Shown one piece after another: positions 8,764 to 18,270 of a DNA stretch of 64,000 nt. The position numbers were made by a program, and so were the translations under genes. Positions within the stretch are counted from its first letter, which is position 1. Every line of letters begins with the position of its first letter. The notes beneath the pieces are model-generated. The model saw nothing but the letters and a program-made list of their open reading frames with translations. It ran no database searches and was not told the origin of the DNA. This DNA comes from Clostridia bacterium (GTDB lineage Bacteria > Bacillota > Clostridia > RGIG8785): the NCBI GenBank assembly GCA_045655245.1, contig JAZOOX010000014.1, forward strand, positions 5,056-69,055, given 5' to 3'.

Positions 8764-10296
8764 ATGGACTTTTTTGCGTTTGTTTTGTATTTTGTGGCCA
8801 TGGTTGCCATCGGTGTCTATTTCTTCGTCAAGTCCAAGTCGGTTGACGAAAAAGACTACTTCTTAGGTGGCAGACAGATGGGCCCTTGGGTTACTGCCAT
8901 GAGTGCCCAGGCATCGGATATGAGTGCCTGGCTTTTGATGGGTCTGCCCGGAAGCATTTTGGCTTTCGGCTTTGGTCAGGCGTGGATCGGTATCGGTCTT
9001 GCCATCGGTACTGCTGCAAACTGGATTTTGGTTGCTAAGAGACTGCGTAAGTTCTCGAAGGCGTCGGGGGATGCCATTACCCTGCCGCAATACCTGTCCA
9101 ACCGCTTTTTAGCCCAAAGCCATGTTTTGAGCATTATCTGCGCGATTGTTTTCCTGGTCTGCTTTACCATCTACGTTGCCTCTGCTTTCGTTGCAGGTGC
9201 AGACGTGTTCACCACTCTGGTTCCTTCTTTAGAACCCATGATGGCGATGCTGATTTTTGCCGCCATTGTGATTGTGTATACCTTCCTGGGCGGTTTTAAG
9301 GCAGTTTGCTGGACCGACTTTTTCCAGGGTCTTTTGATGATTGCCGCTTTGTTGATCGTGCCGATCGTTGTCGGTCTGACCCGCAACCTGGACGTTGCGG
9401 CGCTGTCCACCGTTTATACCGGTCCTAACGGCGAGGAGTTTGCTTTCGTTGCCAACTTCTTTAACGCCAGTTGGCAGGATATCCTGTCGGGCCTGGGCTG
9501 GGGATTGGGTTACTTCGGTATGCCCCACATCATCGTTCGTTTTATGGCCATTGAAAAGCCCTCGATGGTAAAAAAATCCGCTACTGTTGCCATCATCTGG
9601 GTTGTTCTTTCCCTGGGTGCGGCTATTATGATTGCTTATCTGGGCAGAATGTTCGTTTATTCCAACGGTGTTGACCTTTCCGCTAACCTGTTGGCAAACG
9701 GCAAACAGTCCTTGGTCTTTGTTGAACTGGCAAGAGACGTCTTCCCCAAGTTCATTGCAGGCTTATTGCTTGCCGCTATTATTGCGGCGTCCATGTCCAC
9801 CGCAGACTCCCAGTTGCTGGTTGCGGCTTCGTCCTTCTCCAGTGATCTGTATAAGCCACTGATTCGCAAAAACGCTTCCAGCAAAGAAATGCTGTGGGTC
9901 AGCCGTCTGGTGGTTATTGCCATTGCTGTCGTTGCGTTTTTCATTGCCAGCAGTAAGGGGAAAGCGGCTCAGGCCATTATGGATCTGGTATCTAACGCAT
10001 GGGGCATCTTCGGTGCCGCCTTCGGTCCTGCCGTGCTCCTCTCGTTGTTTTGGAAACGGTTTACCTATAAGGGCGCCGTTGCAGGTATCATCGTCGGCGC
10101 AGTGGTTGATATGCTGTGGCTGTGGCTCCCTGTCGGCGGTGCGACTCTGACCGCTTTGACCGGCATCTACGAAATCATCCCCGGGTTTGTTTTGGGTGGT
10201 ATTGCAGCATTCGTGGTTGCGCTTTGCGATAAGAAACCGTCGGCTGAAGTCGACGCCATTTATGTCCGTGCAACCGACAACAGTGTTGACGACTAA
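8764..10296 (+). CDS. putP: sodium:solute symporter (SSS family, PutP-like)
   Basis: 510 aa, 13 TM helices, SSS-family N-terminus (YFLGGRQMGPWVTAMSAQASDMSAWLLMGLPG). Confidence 0.75.
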   Translation: MDFFAFVLYFVAMVAIGVYFFVKSKSVDEKDYFLGGRQMGPWVTAMSAQASDMSAWLLMGLPGSILAFGFGQAWIGIGLAIGTAANWILVAKRLRKFSKASGDAITLPQYLSNRFLAQSHVLSIICAIVFLVCFTIYVASAFVAGADVFTTLVPSLEPMMAMLIFAAIVIVYTFLGGFKAVCWTDFFQGLLMIAALLIVPIVVGLTRNLDVAALSTVYTGPNGEEFAFVANFFNASWQDILSGLGWGLGYFGMPHIIVRFMAIEKPSMVKKSATVAIIWVVLSLGAAIMIAYLGRMFVYSNGVDLSANLLANGKQSLVFVELARDVFPKFIAGLLLAAIIAASMSTADSQLLVAASSFSSDLYKPLIRKNASSKEMLWVSRLVVIAIAVVAFFIASSKGKAAQAIMDLVSNAWGIFGAAFGPAVLLSLFWKRFTYKGAVAGIIVGAVVDMLWLWLPVGGATLTALTGIYEIIPGFVLGGIAAFVVALCDKKPSAEVDAIYVRATDNSVDD

Positions 10297-10323
10297 ACAG
10301 TGTATCAGATTGAAATTGAATTT

Positions 10324-10353
10324 AAAAAAAGCACCCTTGCGGGTGCTTTTTTT
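10324..10353 (+). terminator. rho-independent terminator after putP-like gene
   Basis: AAAAAAAGCACCCTTGCGGGTGCTTTTTTT, bidirectional-looking. Confidence 0.85.
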
Positions 10354-10879
10354 ATCGTCTCATGGGTGGGCGGTTGGACATTCCTGCCGCCATGCCTCCG
10401 GTGACGGTACGCGAAGCGGTGACCTCTTGGGGGAAGGTGTTGACGTTGAAATCGGGGCGTTGATTGGGTAGGTAGAAGTAGACAAACTTTACCGAGAATA
10501 CGTCGCAGACGATGAAGTTGTTGTTAAAGTCATCGTACAGGGTGATAAAACTGGTGCCTACATAAAAGAGGACGCCTTGTTTGCGGACGATTTCCTGAGT
10601 GCCGATTAAGAATTCCACCACCACGTATTCGCCAATGTTTTTCGAGAGGATGTACTGGATGGAACCGCGCATCTCCTCGGTATCAAAGTTGATGGGTGGC
10701 GGAGTGACGAAGCCGAAGACCCGATAGGTTCCGTCGGGGTTTTGGGTGACGTTCTGGCCCTGGTAGTTTTGAGGGTCTGTCATGGTCGGGGACCAGGTGC
10801 CGTCGCTGTTTGTTGAGTAGGATAGATTGTTGCTGCGGTTGGTGATTTCGTTCACGGTAGCCTCCTTAAGTATCGGCAT
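10352..10879 (-). CDS. gerQ: spore coat protein GerQ-like
   Basis: Q/N-rich N-terminus, C-terminal GerQ-like core (..IQYILSKNIGEYVVVEF..VLFYVGTSFITLYDDFNNNFIVCDVFSVKFVYF); overlaps and follows cwlJ as in Bacillus cwlJ-gerQ. Confidence 0.65.
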   Translation of the reverse strand: MPILKEATVNEITNRSNNLSYSTNSDGTWSPTMTDPQNYQGQNVTQNPDGTYRVFGFVTPPPINFDTEEMRGSIQYILSKNIGEYVVVEFLIGTQEIVRKQGVLFYVGTSFITLYDDFNNNFIVCDVFSVKFVYFYLPNQRPDFNVNTFPQEVTASRTVTGGMAAGMSNRPPMRR

Positions 10880-11303
10880 ATGCCGAAGTTGGATTGTAAA
10901 AACAATGCTTCCCGATGCGGATGACGAACTCTCCTACCTCGGACGGGAAGTTCTGGCGGCAGGAGGGGGCAAAGGGGTTGAAATACCACAGGGCGTAGCC
11001 CAGGTTGGTCAGTCGGTTCCCCGCGATGGCCCAGTCGGCGATGTTCAAGTGGACATCGGTGGGGCGCATATTATAGATGTTTTGCGGGTTGTATCGGCCG
11101 TTTAAGCTTTCCCGCACGCAATCGAACTGACCTTCCTGAAAGATGGTAGCGCGAATGGTGGGTTCTAACCGCCCGTATTCCCCGTAAGTGACGCGGACGC
11201 GGTTCATTACCACCGAGGCGACAGCTTTCATTCCGTCGTCCCCTTCGCCTCCAGCTTCGCACAGAATGATACGTGCTAACAGTTCCCGTTCGGACAATGC
11301 CAC
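10866..11303 (-). CDS. cwlJ: spore cortex-lytic cell-wall hydrolase CwlJ/SleB family
   Basis: Hydrolase_2 motif LARIILCEAGGEGDDGMKAVASVVMNRV; GTG start preceded by RBS AAGGAGGGGG; the TTG start of the listed ORF (11342) would bury that RBS. Confidence 0.8.
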   Translation of the reverse strand: MALSERELLARIILCEAGGEGDDGMKAVASVVMNRVRVTYGEYGRLEPTIRATIFQEGQFDCVRESLNGRYNPQNIYNMRPTDVHLNIADWAIAGNRLTNLGYALWYFNPFAPSCRQNFPSEVGEFVIRIGKHCFYNPTSAYADT

Positions 11304-11343
11304 ATTGACCCCCTCCTTGGTAGAAGGTATGAAAAAGAGCAAT

Positions 11344-11370
11344 AAAAAAGAACCCCGAAGGGTTCTTTTT
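11344..11370 (-). terminator. rho-independent terminator ending the oadB operon
   Basis: AAAAAAGAACCCCGAAGGGTTCTTTTT (symmetric). Confidence 0.8.
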
Positions 11371-11500
11371 AGGATTTAGACTTGGTGAATCGTGCCAGCA
11401 GGTACATCACGATGACCATAACGGCGGTAGCGATGAAGATGCCCAGCATGCCTTTGCCCATAATGGGGAGGGTTTGTAAAAATGCATTGACGTTTATCAT
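11369..11500 (-). CDS. 43-aa single-TM protein, possible decarboxylase gamma-subunit-like (below ORF cutoff)
   Basis: ATGA overlap with the oadB stop; MINVNAFLQTLPIMGKGMLGIFIATAVMVIVMYLLARFTKSKS; hydrophobic core then basic tail. Confidence 0.4.
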   Translation of the reverse strand: MINVNAFLQTLPIMGKGMLGIFIATAVMVIVMYLLARFTKSKS

Positions 11501-12612
11501 AACAGACCTCCTACAATATTCAGAATCAGACCCCCTGCGATAACAGAAGCAATCTGACCCGAGACGTTAACACCGACAGTATGCATCAGCAAGAAGTTCT
11601 GGGGGTCTTCGGCAAGGCCCATCTTATGCACCACGCGGGAGGACATGGGGAATGCCGAGATGCCTGCCGCACCAATCATGGGGTTTAATTTCTTGCCTTC
11701 GGGCAGGAAAATATTGATGAGTTTGGCAAACATTACGCCGCCAACGGTATCGAAGATAAAGGCGACCAGTCCCAGTCCCATAATCAGCAGGGTTTCGGGG
11801 GTTAAGAACATCTCTGCCTGCATTTTGAAGGCGATGGTGATTCCCAAGAAGAGGGTGACCAGGTTGGCGAGGACTTTTTGTGCGGTTTCGGACAAGCTAC
11901 CCAGTACACCACATTCGCGAATGAGGTTACCGAACATCAGGAAGCCGATTAAGGCAACCGATTCGGGAGAGACCAGACCGGTGATGACCGTGATAATAAT
12001 GGGGAAGAGGATGCGGGTCAGGCGGGAGACCTCTTTGGGTTGATAGGGCATCCGAATCAACCGTTCTTTGCGGGTGGTGCAAAGGCGGATGACGGGCGGC
12101 TGAATGATGGGGACCAGTGCCATGTACGAGTATGCCGCGACGGTGATGGCACCCATATAGTTTGAGCCGAAGTGGTTGGCAACGAAGATGGAGGTGGGGC
12201 CGTCTGCCGCGCCGATGATGGCGATGGAAGCGGCATCCTTCAGCTCAAAGCCAAAGAGCGACGCCAGGGACAGGGTTAAGAAGATACCGAACTGTGCGGC
12301 GGCGCCGAAGAGCATCAGTTTGGGGTTGGACAGCAAGGGCCCGAAATCGATCATAGCACCGATGCCGATGAAGAGTAACAGGGGGAAAAGTTCATTGGCG
12401 ATACCGGCATTAAAGAGTACGGTTAACGGTCCTGTTTCAGAGACGGCACCCGATAAGGGCAGGTTTGCCAGGATAGCGCCGAAGCCGATGGGCAGGAGCA
12501 GGGTGGGTTCCATATCCCGTGCGATGGCAAGGTAAATCAAGACACCGCCGATGGCCCACATTACCACCATCTGCCAGGTCAGTTCGGAAACTGCAGTTAA
12601 CAAGAATTCCAT
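11497..12612 (-). CDS. oadB: Na+-translocating decarboxylase beta subunit (OadB/GcdB/MmdB family)
   Basis: 371-aa polytopic membrane protein with conserved OadB-family blocks (..NPKLMLFGAAAQFGIF..; ..IIGAADGPTSIF..; ..GAAGISAFPMSSRVV..). Confidence 0.85.
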   Translation of the reverse strand: MEFLLTAVSELTWQMVVMWAIGGVLIYLAIARDMEPTLLLPIGFGAILANLPLSGAVSETGPLTVLFNAGIANELFPLLLFIGIGAMIDFGPLLSNPKLMLFGAAAQFGIFLTLSLASLFGFELKDAASIAIIGAADGPTSIFVANHFGSNYMGAITVAAYSYMALVPIIQPPVIRLCTTRKERLIRMPYQPKEVSRLTRILFPIIITVITGLVSPESVALIGFLMFGNLIRECGVLGSLSETAQKVLANLVTLFLGITIAFKMQAEMFLTPETLLIMGLGLVAFIFDTVGGVMFAKLINIFLPEGKKLNPMIGAAGISAFPMSSRVVHKMGLAEDPQNFLLMHTVGVNVSGQIASVIAGGLILNIVGGLL

Positions 12613-12642
12613 AGAAACATCCTTTCTTTTAAAACAGGGAAT

Positions 12643-12760
12643 AAAAAAGACCCCTACCGTCCCGTGACGGTAAAAGTCTTGTCACTTGGTGCAGAGGCGG
12701 GCAAACGCCGACTTGACGCCGTCTGCAACGGAAGGTCCGTTGACTACTCCCTTTTACTGG
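12643..12760 (-). promoter_or_regulatory. oadB 5' leader with intrinsic terminator/attenuator (minus strand)
   Basis: Minus-strand promoter (TTGATT, 17 bp, TGgTATAAT; plus coordinates 12765-12793) then a leader of about 120 nt ending in a 13-bp stem (GACUUUUACCGUC/GACGGUAGGGGUC) plus U6, 30 nt before the oadB RBS; an alternative pairing (GACGGCG) is available upstream. Confidence 0.5.
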
Positions 12761-12808
12761 GGACATTATACCACGGTTGTTTGGCAAAATCAAGCATTTT
12801 TTGTCGAA

Positions 12809-12837
12809 TTGACAAACGACGGCAGTAATGGTAAAAT
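12809..12837 (+). promoter_or_regulatory. sigma-A type promoter of folC (divergent from the oadB promoter)
   Basis: TTGACA (12809-12814), 17-bp spacer, TAAAAT (12832-12837). Confidence 0.65.
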
Positions 12838-12862
12838 AAAAAGAAGAAAAAGGAGCGGTTTT

Positions 12863-14056
12863 ATGACAGGCGAAAGTGCAGTTTTAGAATTAACCAACCT
12901 GCCGAAAACGGTGGGAGCACCTACATTAGAACGGATGGTACGCATCCTGGACGCTTTGGGAAATCCCCAGGAAGGTCCCGGGGTTATCCATATTGCGGGG
13001 ACCAACGGGAAAGGCTCGGTTGCCGCTATGATTGCCGAGATGCTTCGTGCCGACGGGTACAAGGTGGGGATGTTTATTTCGCCTTACATTCACTCTTTTT
13101 ACGAACGGATACAGGTGGACGGGAAACCCATTCCTGCCGAGGTTTTGGCGCGGCTGTGGGAACGGGTACGTCCTTTGGCACCGGATGCAGTAGCCTTTGA
13201 AGCGGTGACTGCAATAGGGTTTTTGTACTTTGCCGAGGAAGCCTGCGACTATGTGGTTTTGGAAACAGGGTTGGGGGGGCGGTTTGACGCCACCAACACG
13301 GTCAAAAAGCCGCTGCTGTCGGTACTGACTCATATTGATTTGGATCACACCGAAATTTTGGGGGAAAGGATCGAACAGATCGCCGCTGAAAAGTGCGGTA
13401 TCTTAAGAAAAAACGGTGTGGCGGTTACTACGCCCTGTCAGAACCCCGATGCCTTAAAAGTGATTCAAGAACATTGTGACGCATTGGATGTGGCGTTGCA
13501 GATTGCGCCTTCTGCCGTTGTTTTGCGGGAAGAACGGGGCGTCCTTGAGCTGGAATGGGAAGGATCGGTATATTCCTTGGGGATGACCGCTTATTATCAG
13601 GCGGAAAACGCCGCCACCGCTCTTTGCGCAGGGTCCCTTTTAGGGATTTCTCCCGATGCGAAGGAACAAGGGTTGCGCCTTGCCCGTCAGCCGGGGCGGT
13701 TTGAATGGGTGACACCCGGGTTGGTGTTGGACGGTGCTCACAACCCCAACGGCATTAAAGGTTTGTGTGAGAGTCTGCGCCGTGTGACCCGCCCCCGAGA
13801 GGTCTGCGTGGTGCTGGGGATGCTTCCCGATAAGGAGCGGTTGTCCGCGCTGCCGTTATTGGCGGAAGTGGCGGAGGAGCTGATCGTTGTGCCTGTGCAT
13901 ACTCCGCGAGGGGATGACGGAAGACCGCTTTTTGAAGAGGCGCAACAATATTTTCCAAAGGTTTCTTACTGTGACTACGCCAAAAAGGCGATTTCGATGA
14001 CCGACAAGCCCGTGGTTTGTGTCTGCGGTTCGTTGTATTTATTAGGAGAAGTTTAA
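12863..14056 (+). CDS. folC: folylpolyglutamate synthase / dihydrofolate synthase
   Basis: Mur-ligase fold P-loop IHIAGTNGKGSV; RBS AAAGGAGCGG before ATG 12863; the listed ORF (12686) starts upstream of the promoter. Confidence 0.85.
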   Translation: MTGESAVLELTNLPKTVGAPTLERMVRILDALGNPQEGPGVIHIAGTNGKGSVAAMIAEMLRADGYKVGMFISPYIHSFYERIQVDGKPIPAEVLARLWERVRPLAPDAVAFEAVTAIGFLYFAEEACDYVVLETGLGGRFDATNTVKKPLLSVLTHIDLDHTEILGERIEQIAAEKCGILRKNGVAVTTPCQNPDALKVIQEHCDALDVALQIAPSAVVLREERGVLELEWEGSVYSLGMTAYYQAENAATALCAGSLLGISPDAKEQGLRLARQPGRFEWVTPGLVLDGAHNPNGIKGLCESLRRVTRPREVCVVLGMLPDKERLSALPLLAEVAEELIVVPVHTPRGDDGRPLFEEAQQYFPKVSYCDYAKKAISMTDKPVVCVCGSLYLLGEV

Positions 14057-14124
14057 GCATCGACAACTTTCGATGGATTGTACGGCGGGAAGTTTAGTAC
14101 AATGGTCGAAAGGAGGCGAAGCGG

Positions 14125-14472
14125 ATGCGCGTCAGAATTGAAGTAAAAAAACGTGCGTTACTGGCGACCCTGATGGGGGAGCTGGACCATCACGCGGCGA
14201 CCAAGCTCAGGGAACGGTTTGACCGCGAACTGGCCGACCGCAAAATTAAGACGTTGGTTGTGGATCTGAATCAGGTCGGGTTTATGGACAGTTCGGGAAT
14301 CGGACTTTTGATCGGCCGCTACCGACAGATGAAGTTGTTGGGCGGGGAGATGCGGATTGTGTCTTCCGACAAAGCGGTTTCACGGATGCTTACCGTTTCG
14401 GGGATCAAGAAGCTGGTCAAGGTCTACCGCAATGTAAACGATGCCTTAAAGGAGGGTGCGGCCTGTGAATGA
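14125..14472 (+). CDS. spoIIAA: anti-sigma-F factor antagonist (STAS domain)
   Basis: STAS motif ..DLNQVGFMDSSGIGLLIGRY..; first gene of the spoIIAA-spoIIAB-sigF operon. Confidence 0.9.
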   Translation: MRVRIEVKKRALLATLMGELDHHAATKLRERFDRELADRKIKTLVVDLNQVGFMDSSGIGLLIGRYRQMKLLGGEMRIVSSDKAVSRMLTVSGIKKLVKVYRNVNDALKEGAACE

Positions 14473-14875
14473 AATGAAAGTTTCTTTTTTATCCCGTTCG
14501 GAAAATGAGGCCTTTGCCCGTACGGCTGTTGCTGCCTTTGCGGCGACTGTTGACCCGACGGTAGAACAGTTAAACGAGGTCAAGACTGCGGTTTCCGAGG
14601 CAGTGACCAACGCCATCGTCCACGGCTACGGCAACGACCGCGGCTGGGTGACGGTTGAAACCAAGCTGGACGGACGGAGGTTGATTTTAACGGTAACCGA
14701 CGAGGGGTGTGGCATTGCTGATGTTCCCCGTGCCATGGAACCTCTATATACCAGCAAACCCGAAGAAGAACGCTCGGGCATTGGGTTTACGGTGATGCAA
14801 ACCTTCACCGACCGTCTTGAGGTACAGTCGGCGGTGGGCAAGGGTACCATCGTGACCATGGAAAAGCAGTTATAA
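14465..14875 (+). CDS. spoIIAB: anti-sigma-F factor (serine kinase)
   Basis: HATPase_c motifs (..EAVTNAIVHGY..; ..DEGCGI..); GTG 14465 follows RBS AAGGAGGG and gives the N-terminus MNEMKVSFL, as in Bacillus SpoIIAB. Confidence 0.9.
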   Translation: MNEMKVSFLSRSENEAFARTAVAAFAATVDPTVEQLNEVKTAVSEAVTNAIVHGYGNDRGWVTVETKLDGRRLILTVTDEGCGIADVPRAMEPLYTSKPEEERSGIGFTVMQTFTDRLEVQSAVGKGTIVTMEKQL

Positions 14876-15556
14876 ATGGGGGCGCAGGAGTTGCGCCTGG
14901 CGCTTTTACAAGCGGCACGGTCGGGTGACCGTGAGGCGGAGGAAGCGTTTGTTTCACAAAATCTGGGTCTGGTTCACGGGTTGGTGTCCCGTTTTGCGGG
15001 GGTGCACGACCGCGAGGAACTGTTCCAAGTCGGGTGTATGGGGTTGCTCCGTGCAGTCCGACGGTTTGACTTTACATACGAAGTGGCTTTTTCCACCTAT
15101 GCCGTCCCCGTGATTTTAGGGGAGATTCGGCAGTTTCTGCGAGGCGACGGGACCGTGCATGTCAGTCGTAGTGCGCGGGAACGCGGGGCGCAGGTCGCCC
15201 GCGGGACAGAGCGGCTGACCCGTGAGTTAGGGCGTCCGCCTACCGTCTCTGAACTGGCAGAGGAGTTGGGAATGACCCCTTTTGAGGTGGCGGAAGCCGA
15301 GGCGGGGCGGCAGGTGCTCCCCTTAAGCGATTGGGAGCAAAGCCTGTCAGTGCGGGATGCCGACCCTGCGGAGCGGGTGGATCTTCGTCGTGCCCTTGCA
15401 GCTTTGCCTGAAAAGGAGCGGCAGGTGTTGGTCCTGCGGTTTTGGCGGGATTGTACGCAAGGAGATGTAGGTCAACGACTGGGTGTTTCACAGACACAGG
15501 TTTCCCGCTGGGAGCGGAGCGCAATTAAACGAATGCAAAGGATGTTGGAAGAATGA
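14876..15556 (+). CDS. sigF: sporulation sigma factor SigF
   Basis: Sigma-70 regions 2-4; directly after spoIIAB. Confidence 0.9.
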   Translation: MGAQELRLALLQAARSGDREAEEAFVSQNLGLVHGLVSRFAGVHDREELFQVGCMGLLRAVRRFDFTYEVAFSTYAVPVILGEIRQFLRGDGTVHVSRSARERGAQVARGTERLTRELGRPPTVSELAEELGMTPFEVAEAEAGRQVLPLSDWEQSLSVRDADPAERVDLRRALAALPEKERQVLVLRFWRDCTQGDVGQRLGVSQTQVSRWERSAIKRMQRMLEE

Positions 15557-16518
15557 ACTGGAAAGAAGTTAGCATTGCCACAACTACCGAAGGAATCGAG
15601 GTTGTGACAGGAAATTTACTGATGATTGGCATTAATGGTGCGTCGGTCACCGACAGTCGGGACTTTGAGGCGTTTTTGAACCATACCGAAACTTACTGGG
15701 ATGCGGTAGAGGACGAGCTGATGGTCTTGCGGGACTGCGAGACCCAGGTGACGGTCTACCTTCCCGAGGACGAGCAAGGAGAGGCACAACTCCGTGACTT
15801 GGACGAGATGCTTGCCCATTTAAAGAATGAAGATACCACGGGGGTATACGGACGCTTGGAGCGGACGGTAACTGTCGTGCGGGAAGAGGACTGGGCAAAC
15901 GAGTGGCGAAAGTATTTTAAACCCTTTACCGTAGGAGAACGGTTGCTGGTCAAACCGTCTTGGGAAGAGTTGGACGTTCCCACCGATCGCATTGTATTAG
16001 AAATAGATCCCGCTTCCAGCTTCGGTACGGGGCAGCATCATACCACCCAGTTGTGCATGGAACTGATGGAAGGTTTAGACTGGTCGGATGCCCGTTTGTT
16101 GGATGTGGGTACGGGCAGTGGCATCCTTGCCATTACGGGATTGCTCCTGGGTGCGAAGTCCGCCAGGGGCATTGATATTGACCTTCATGCAGTGGAGACG
16201 TCGATTGAAAATGTCCGTAAGAATGTGGGTGTGAATGCGGCTTATGAAGGGTTTTGCGGCGACATTGTTGCCGACCGTGCTTTGCAGGAACAGGTCTGTG
16301 GACAGTACGAGGTCATCACGGCAAATATTATTGCCGATGTGATCATCGGTCTGACCGACACCTTTATCACAAACTTGAAAAAAGACGGAATTTTGATTGT
16401 GTCAGGCATCATTGACGACCGCGCTGACGAGGTGGAGGACACCTTGAAAACTGCAGGGTTCCGATTGATTGAAAGAACGGCTCAGGGCGGCTGGGTCGCA
16501 ATGGAATTTACCCGATAA
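15553..16518 (+). CDS. prmA: ribosomal protein L11 methyltransferase
   Basis: PrmA fold; SAM motif LDVGTGSGILAI. Confidence 0.9.
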   Translation: MNWKEVSIATTTEGIEVVTGNLLMIGINGASVTDSRDFEAFLNHTETYWDAVEDELMVLRDCETQVTVYLPEDEQGEAQLRDLDEMLAHLKNEDTTGVYGRLERTVTVVREEDWANEWRKYFKPFTVGERLLVKPSWEELDVPTDRIVLEIDPASSFGTGQHHTTQLCMELMEGLDWSDARLLDVGTGSGILAITGLLLGAKSARGIDIDLHAVETSIENVRKNVGVNAAYEGFCGDIVADRALQEQVCGQYEVITANIIADVIIGLTDTFITNLKKDGILIVSGIIDDRADEVEDTLKTAGFRLIERTAQGGWVAMEFTR

Positions 16519-16530
16519 GGGGGACAAAAG

Positions 16531-18270
16531 ATGAAAGAATGGTTAAAGACCCTCCGCGACGGATGGCGGCGGGCAAAACAGTTTTCTTGCAGTCGGCGGA
16601 ACAAGTCGGTAAAGGAGTTGTTGGGAATTTTCCGCGATCCCATCCGTGCATCGGCATTGCCTCTTTTGGGTGGGTTGGTGCTTTTGTTACTGGCGGCGGG
16701 AGCGGATGTTATTGCTCCGAAACTGCAGGAAGCGGTTATCGACAGTGTAGTGGAAAAGAGCGGACTGAACCAAACCCTTTTGTTTGGCGCAGGGGTAGCA
16801 TTGCTCGCCCTGGGGGCGTTGCTTTTTCGAACCCTATCCGATTTCCAACTGCACCGCTCGGAAAACAAACTGATTTTAAAAATACAGACCCAGGTCTTTT
16901 CATATTTATTGGGTTTGCCCAAGACCTACTTTGACGGCAAGGAAAAGGATGGCATCATCAACCGCGTGTCGGCTGACATTTACGGGATGCGGAGCGTTCT
17001 GGCGGTGGTGCTTCACTTCTGCGGACAGATTCCCACCTTGCTGGTCAGCGCAGGGTTCCTGATTGCCAAGCATCCTGTGGTGGCGCTGTGGTCGTTGTTA
17101 CCGCTACCCGTCTTTTTTGGGCTTTCCTATATCATCGGGCGCCGTACCCGTGCCCTTGCCTATTTGGCAGCAGACGAGCGTGCGGGAGTCTACGGCGTTA
17201 TCGCCGAGTCGGTTAAGGGTTCGACCCTGATCAAGACTGACGGAGAGCAGGCGGGACAGGTTAAAAAGTTGGAACGCCGCGGCGAGCAGAATCGTCGGAT
17301 CATGCTGGAGCAACGGGCTTTCGGCAGTCTGATGCGATTTTTGGGCGGGCTTTTCCAAAACGGCAGCAAATTGCTGGTGTTCGGCTTCGGTTTTTATATG
17401 ATGTATCGGGGTGAGCTGACCCTGGGCGGCGTGGTAGCAATGTCCACCTATATCGGGATGGTTTACAGTCCTGCCCAAGCCATTGCCCGTGGTATCCTCA
17501 CCTTGCAGGACGGCTTGACCGCATTAGAACGGGTAGCGGAGTTCTATGAGGTTCAGCCTGAGGATGTACAAAGCGGCCAGACCGCCGAAACGTTACGGGG
17601 GGAACTGACCTTTGACAAGGTTTCCTTTTCTTATGGGCAGGAACCTGTGCTGAAAGAGGTTTCCTTTGCTCTTGCCCCCGGAAAGATGCATTATCTGGTC
17701 GGTGAAAGCGGCGTGGGCAAGAGTACCCTGCTCAGCTTGATTTTATGTCTGTACCGCCCTCATACGGGAAAGATTTTCTTTGACGGTGTTGACCAAAAAG
17801 ATTATGCCATCGAGAGTTTAAGACGGCGGATCGCCTATGTTTCTCAGGAATCCGTTTTCTTTTCGGGGACGGTCGCTGATAATTTGGCGGCACAAACAGG
17901 AGCTGACCGTAAAAGGATTATTACGGCGGCGGAGACAGCAAAGATCCATCAGCGGATTTGCGGGTTGCCCGACGGGTATGATACGGTGCTGGAAAGCGGC
18001 GCACCCCTTTTTTCCCAGGGAGAACGCCAACGATTGAGTCTGGCAAGGGCGCTTTTGCGGGATGCGGATATCTATGTAGTGGACGAACCAACGGCGGCAT
18101 TAGACCCTGTAAATCGTGACGAGATACTGGCGGTATTGGATCGCCTTGCCGAGAACAAGACGGTGCTGGTGGTCACTCACCAGTTAAATATGATCCCTGG
18201 AGGGACGCAGGTTCTTCGCCTAAAAGACGGTGCGCTTTTGGAGGTGTCGGCAGATGAGACGATCCTTTGA
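16531..18270 (+). CDS. ABC exporter, fused permease/ATP-binding protein
   Basis: Six-TM domain plus NBD with Walker A GESGVGKST, signature FSQGERQRL, Walker B IYVVDE; no C39 peptidase domain. Confidence 0.8.
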   Translation: MKEWLKTLRDGWRRAKQFSCSRRNKSVKELLGIFRDPIRASALPLLGGLVLLLLAAGADVIAPKLQEAVIDSVVEKSGLNQTLLFGAGVALLALGALLFRTLSDFQLHRSENKLILKIQTQVFSYLLGLPKTYFDGKEKDGIINRVSADIYGMRSVLAVVLHFCGQIPTLLVSAGFLIAKHPVVALWSLLPLPVFFGLSYIIGRRTRALAYLAADERAGVYGVIAESVKGSTLIKTDGEQAGQVKKLERRGEQNRRIMLEQRAFGSLMRFLGGLFQNGSKLLVFGFGFYMMYRGELTLGGVVAMSTYIGMVYSPAQAIARGILTLQDGLTALERVAEFYEVQPEDVQSGQTAETLRGELTFDKVSFSYGQEPVLKEVSFALAPGKMHYLVGESGVGKSTLLSLILCLYRPHTGKIFFDGVDQKDYAIESLRRRIAYVSQESVFFSGTVADNLAAQTGADRKRIITAAETAKIHQRICGLPDGYDTVLESGAPLFSQGERQRLSLARALLRDADIYVVDEPTAALDPVNRDEILAVLDRLAENKTVLVVTHQLNMIPGGTQVLRLKDGALLEVSADETIL

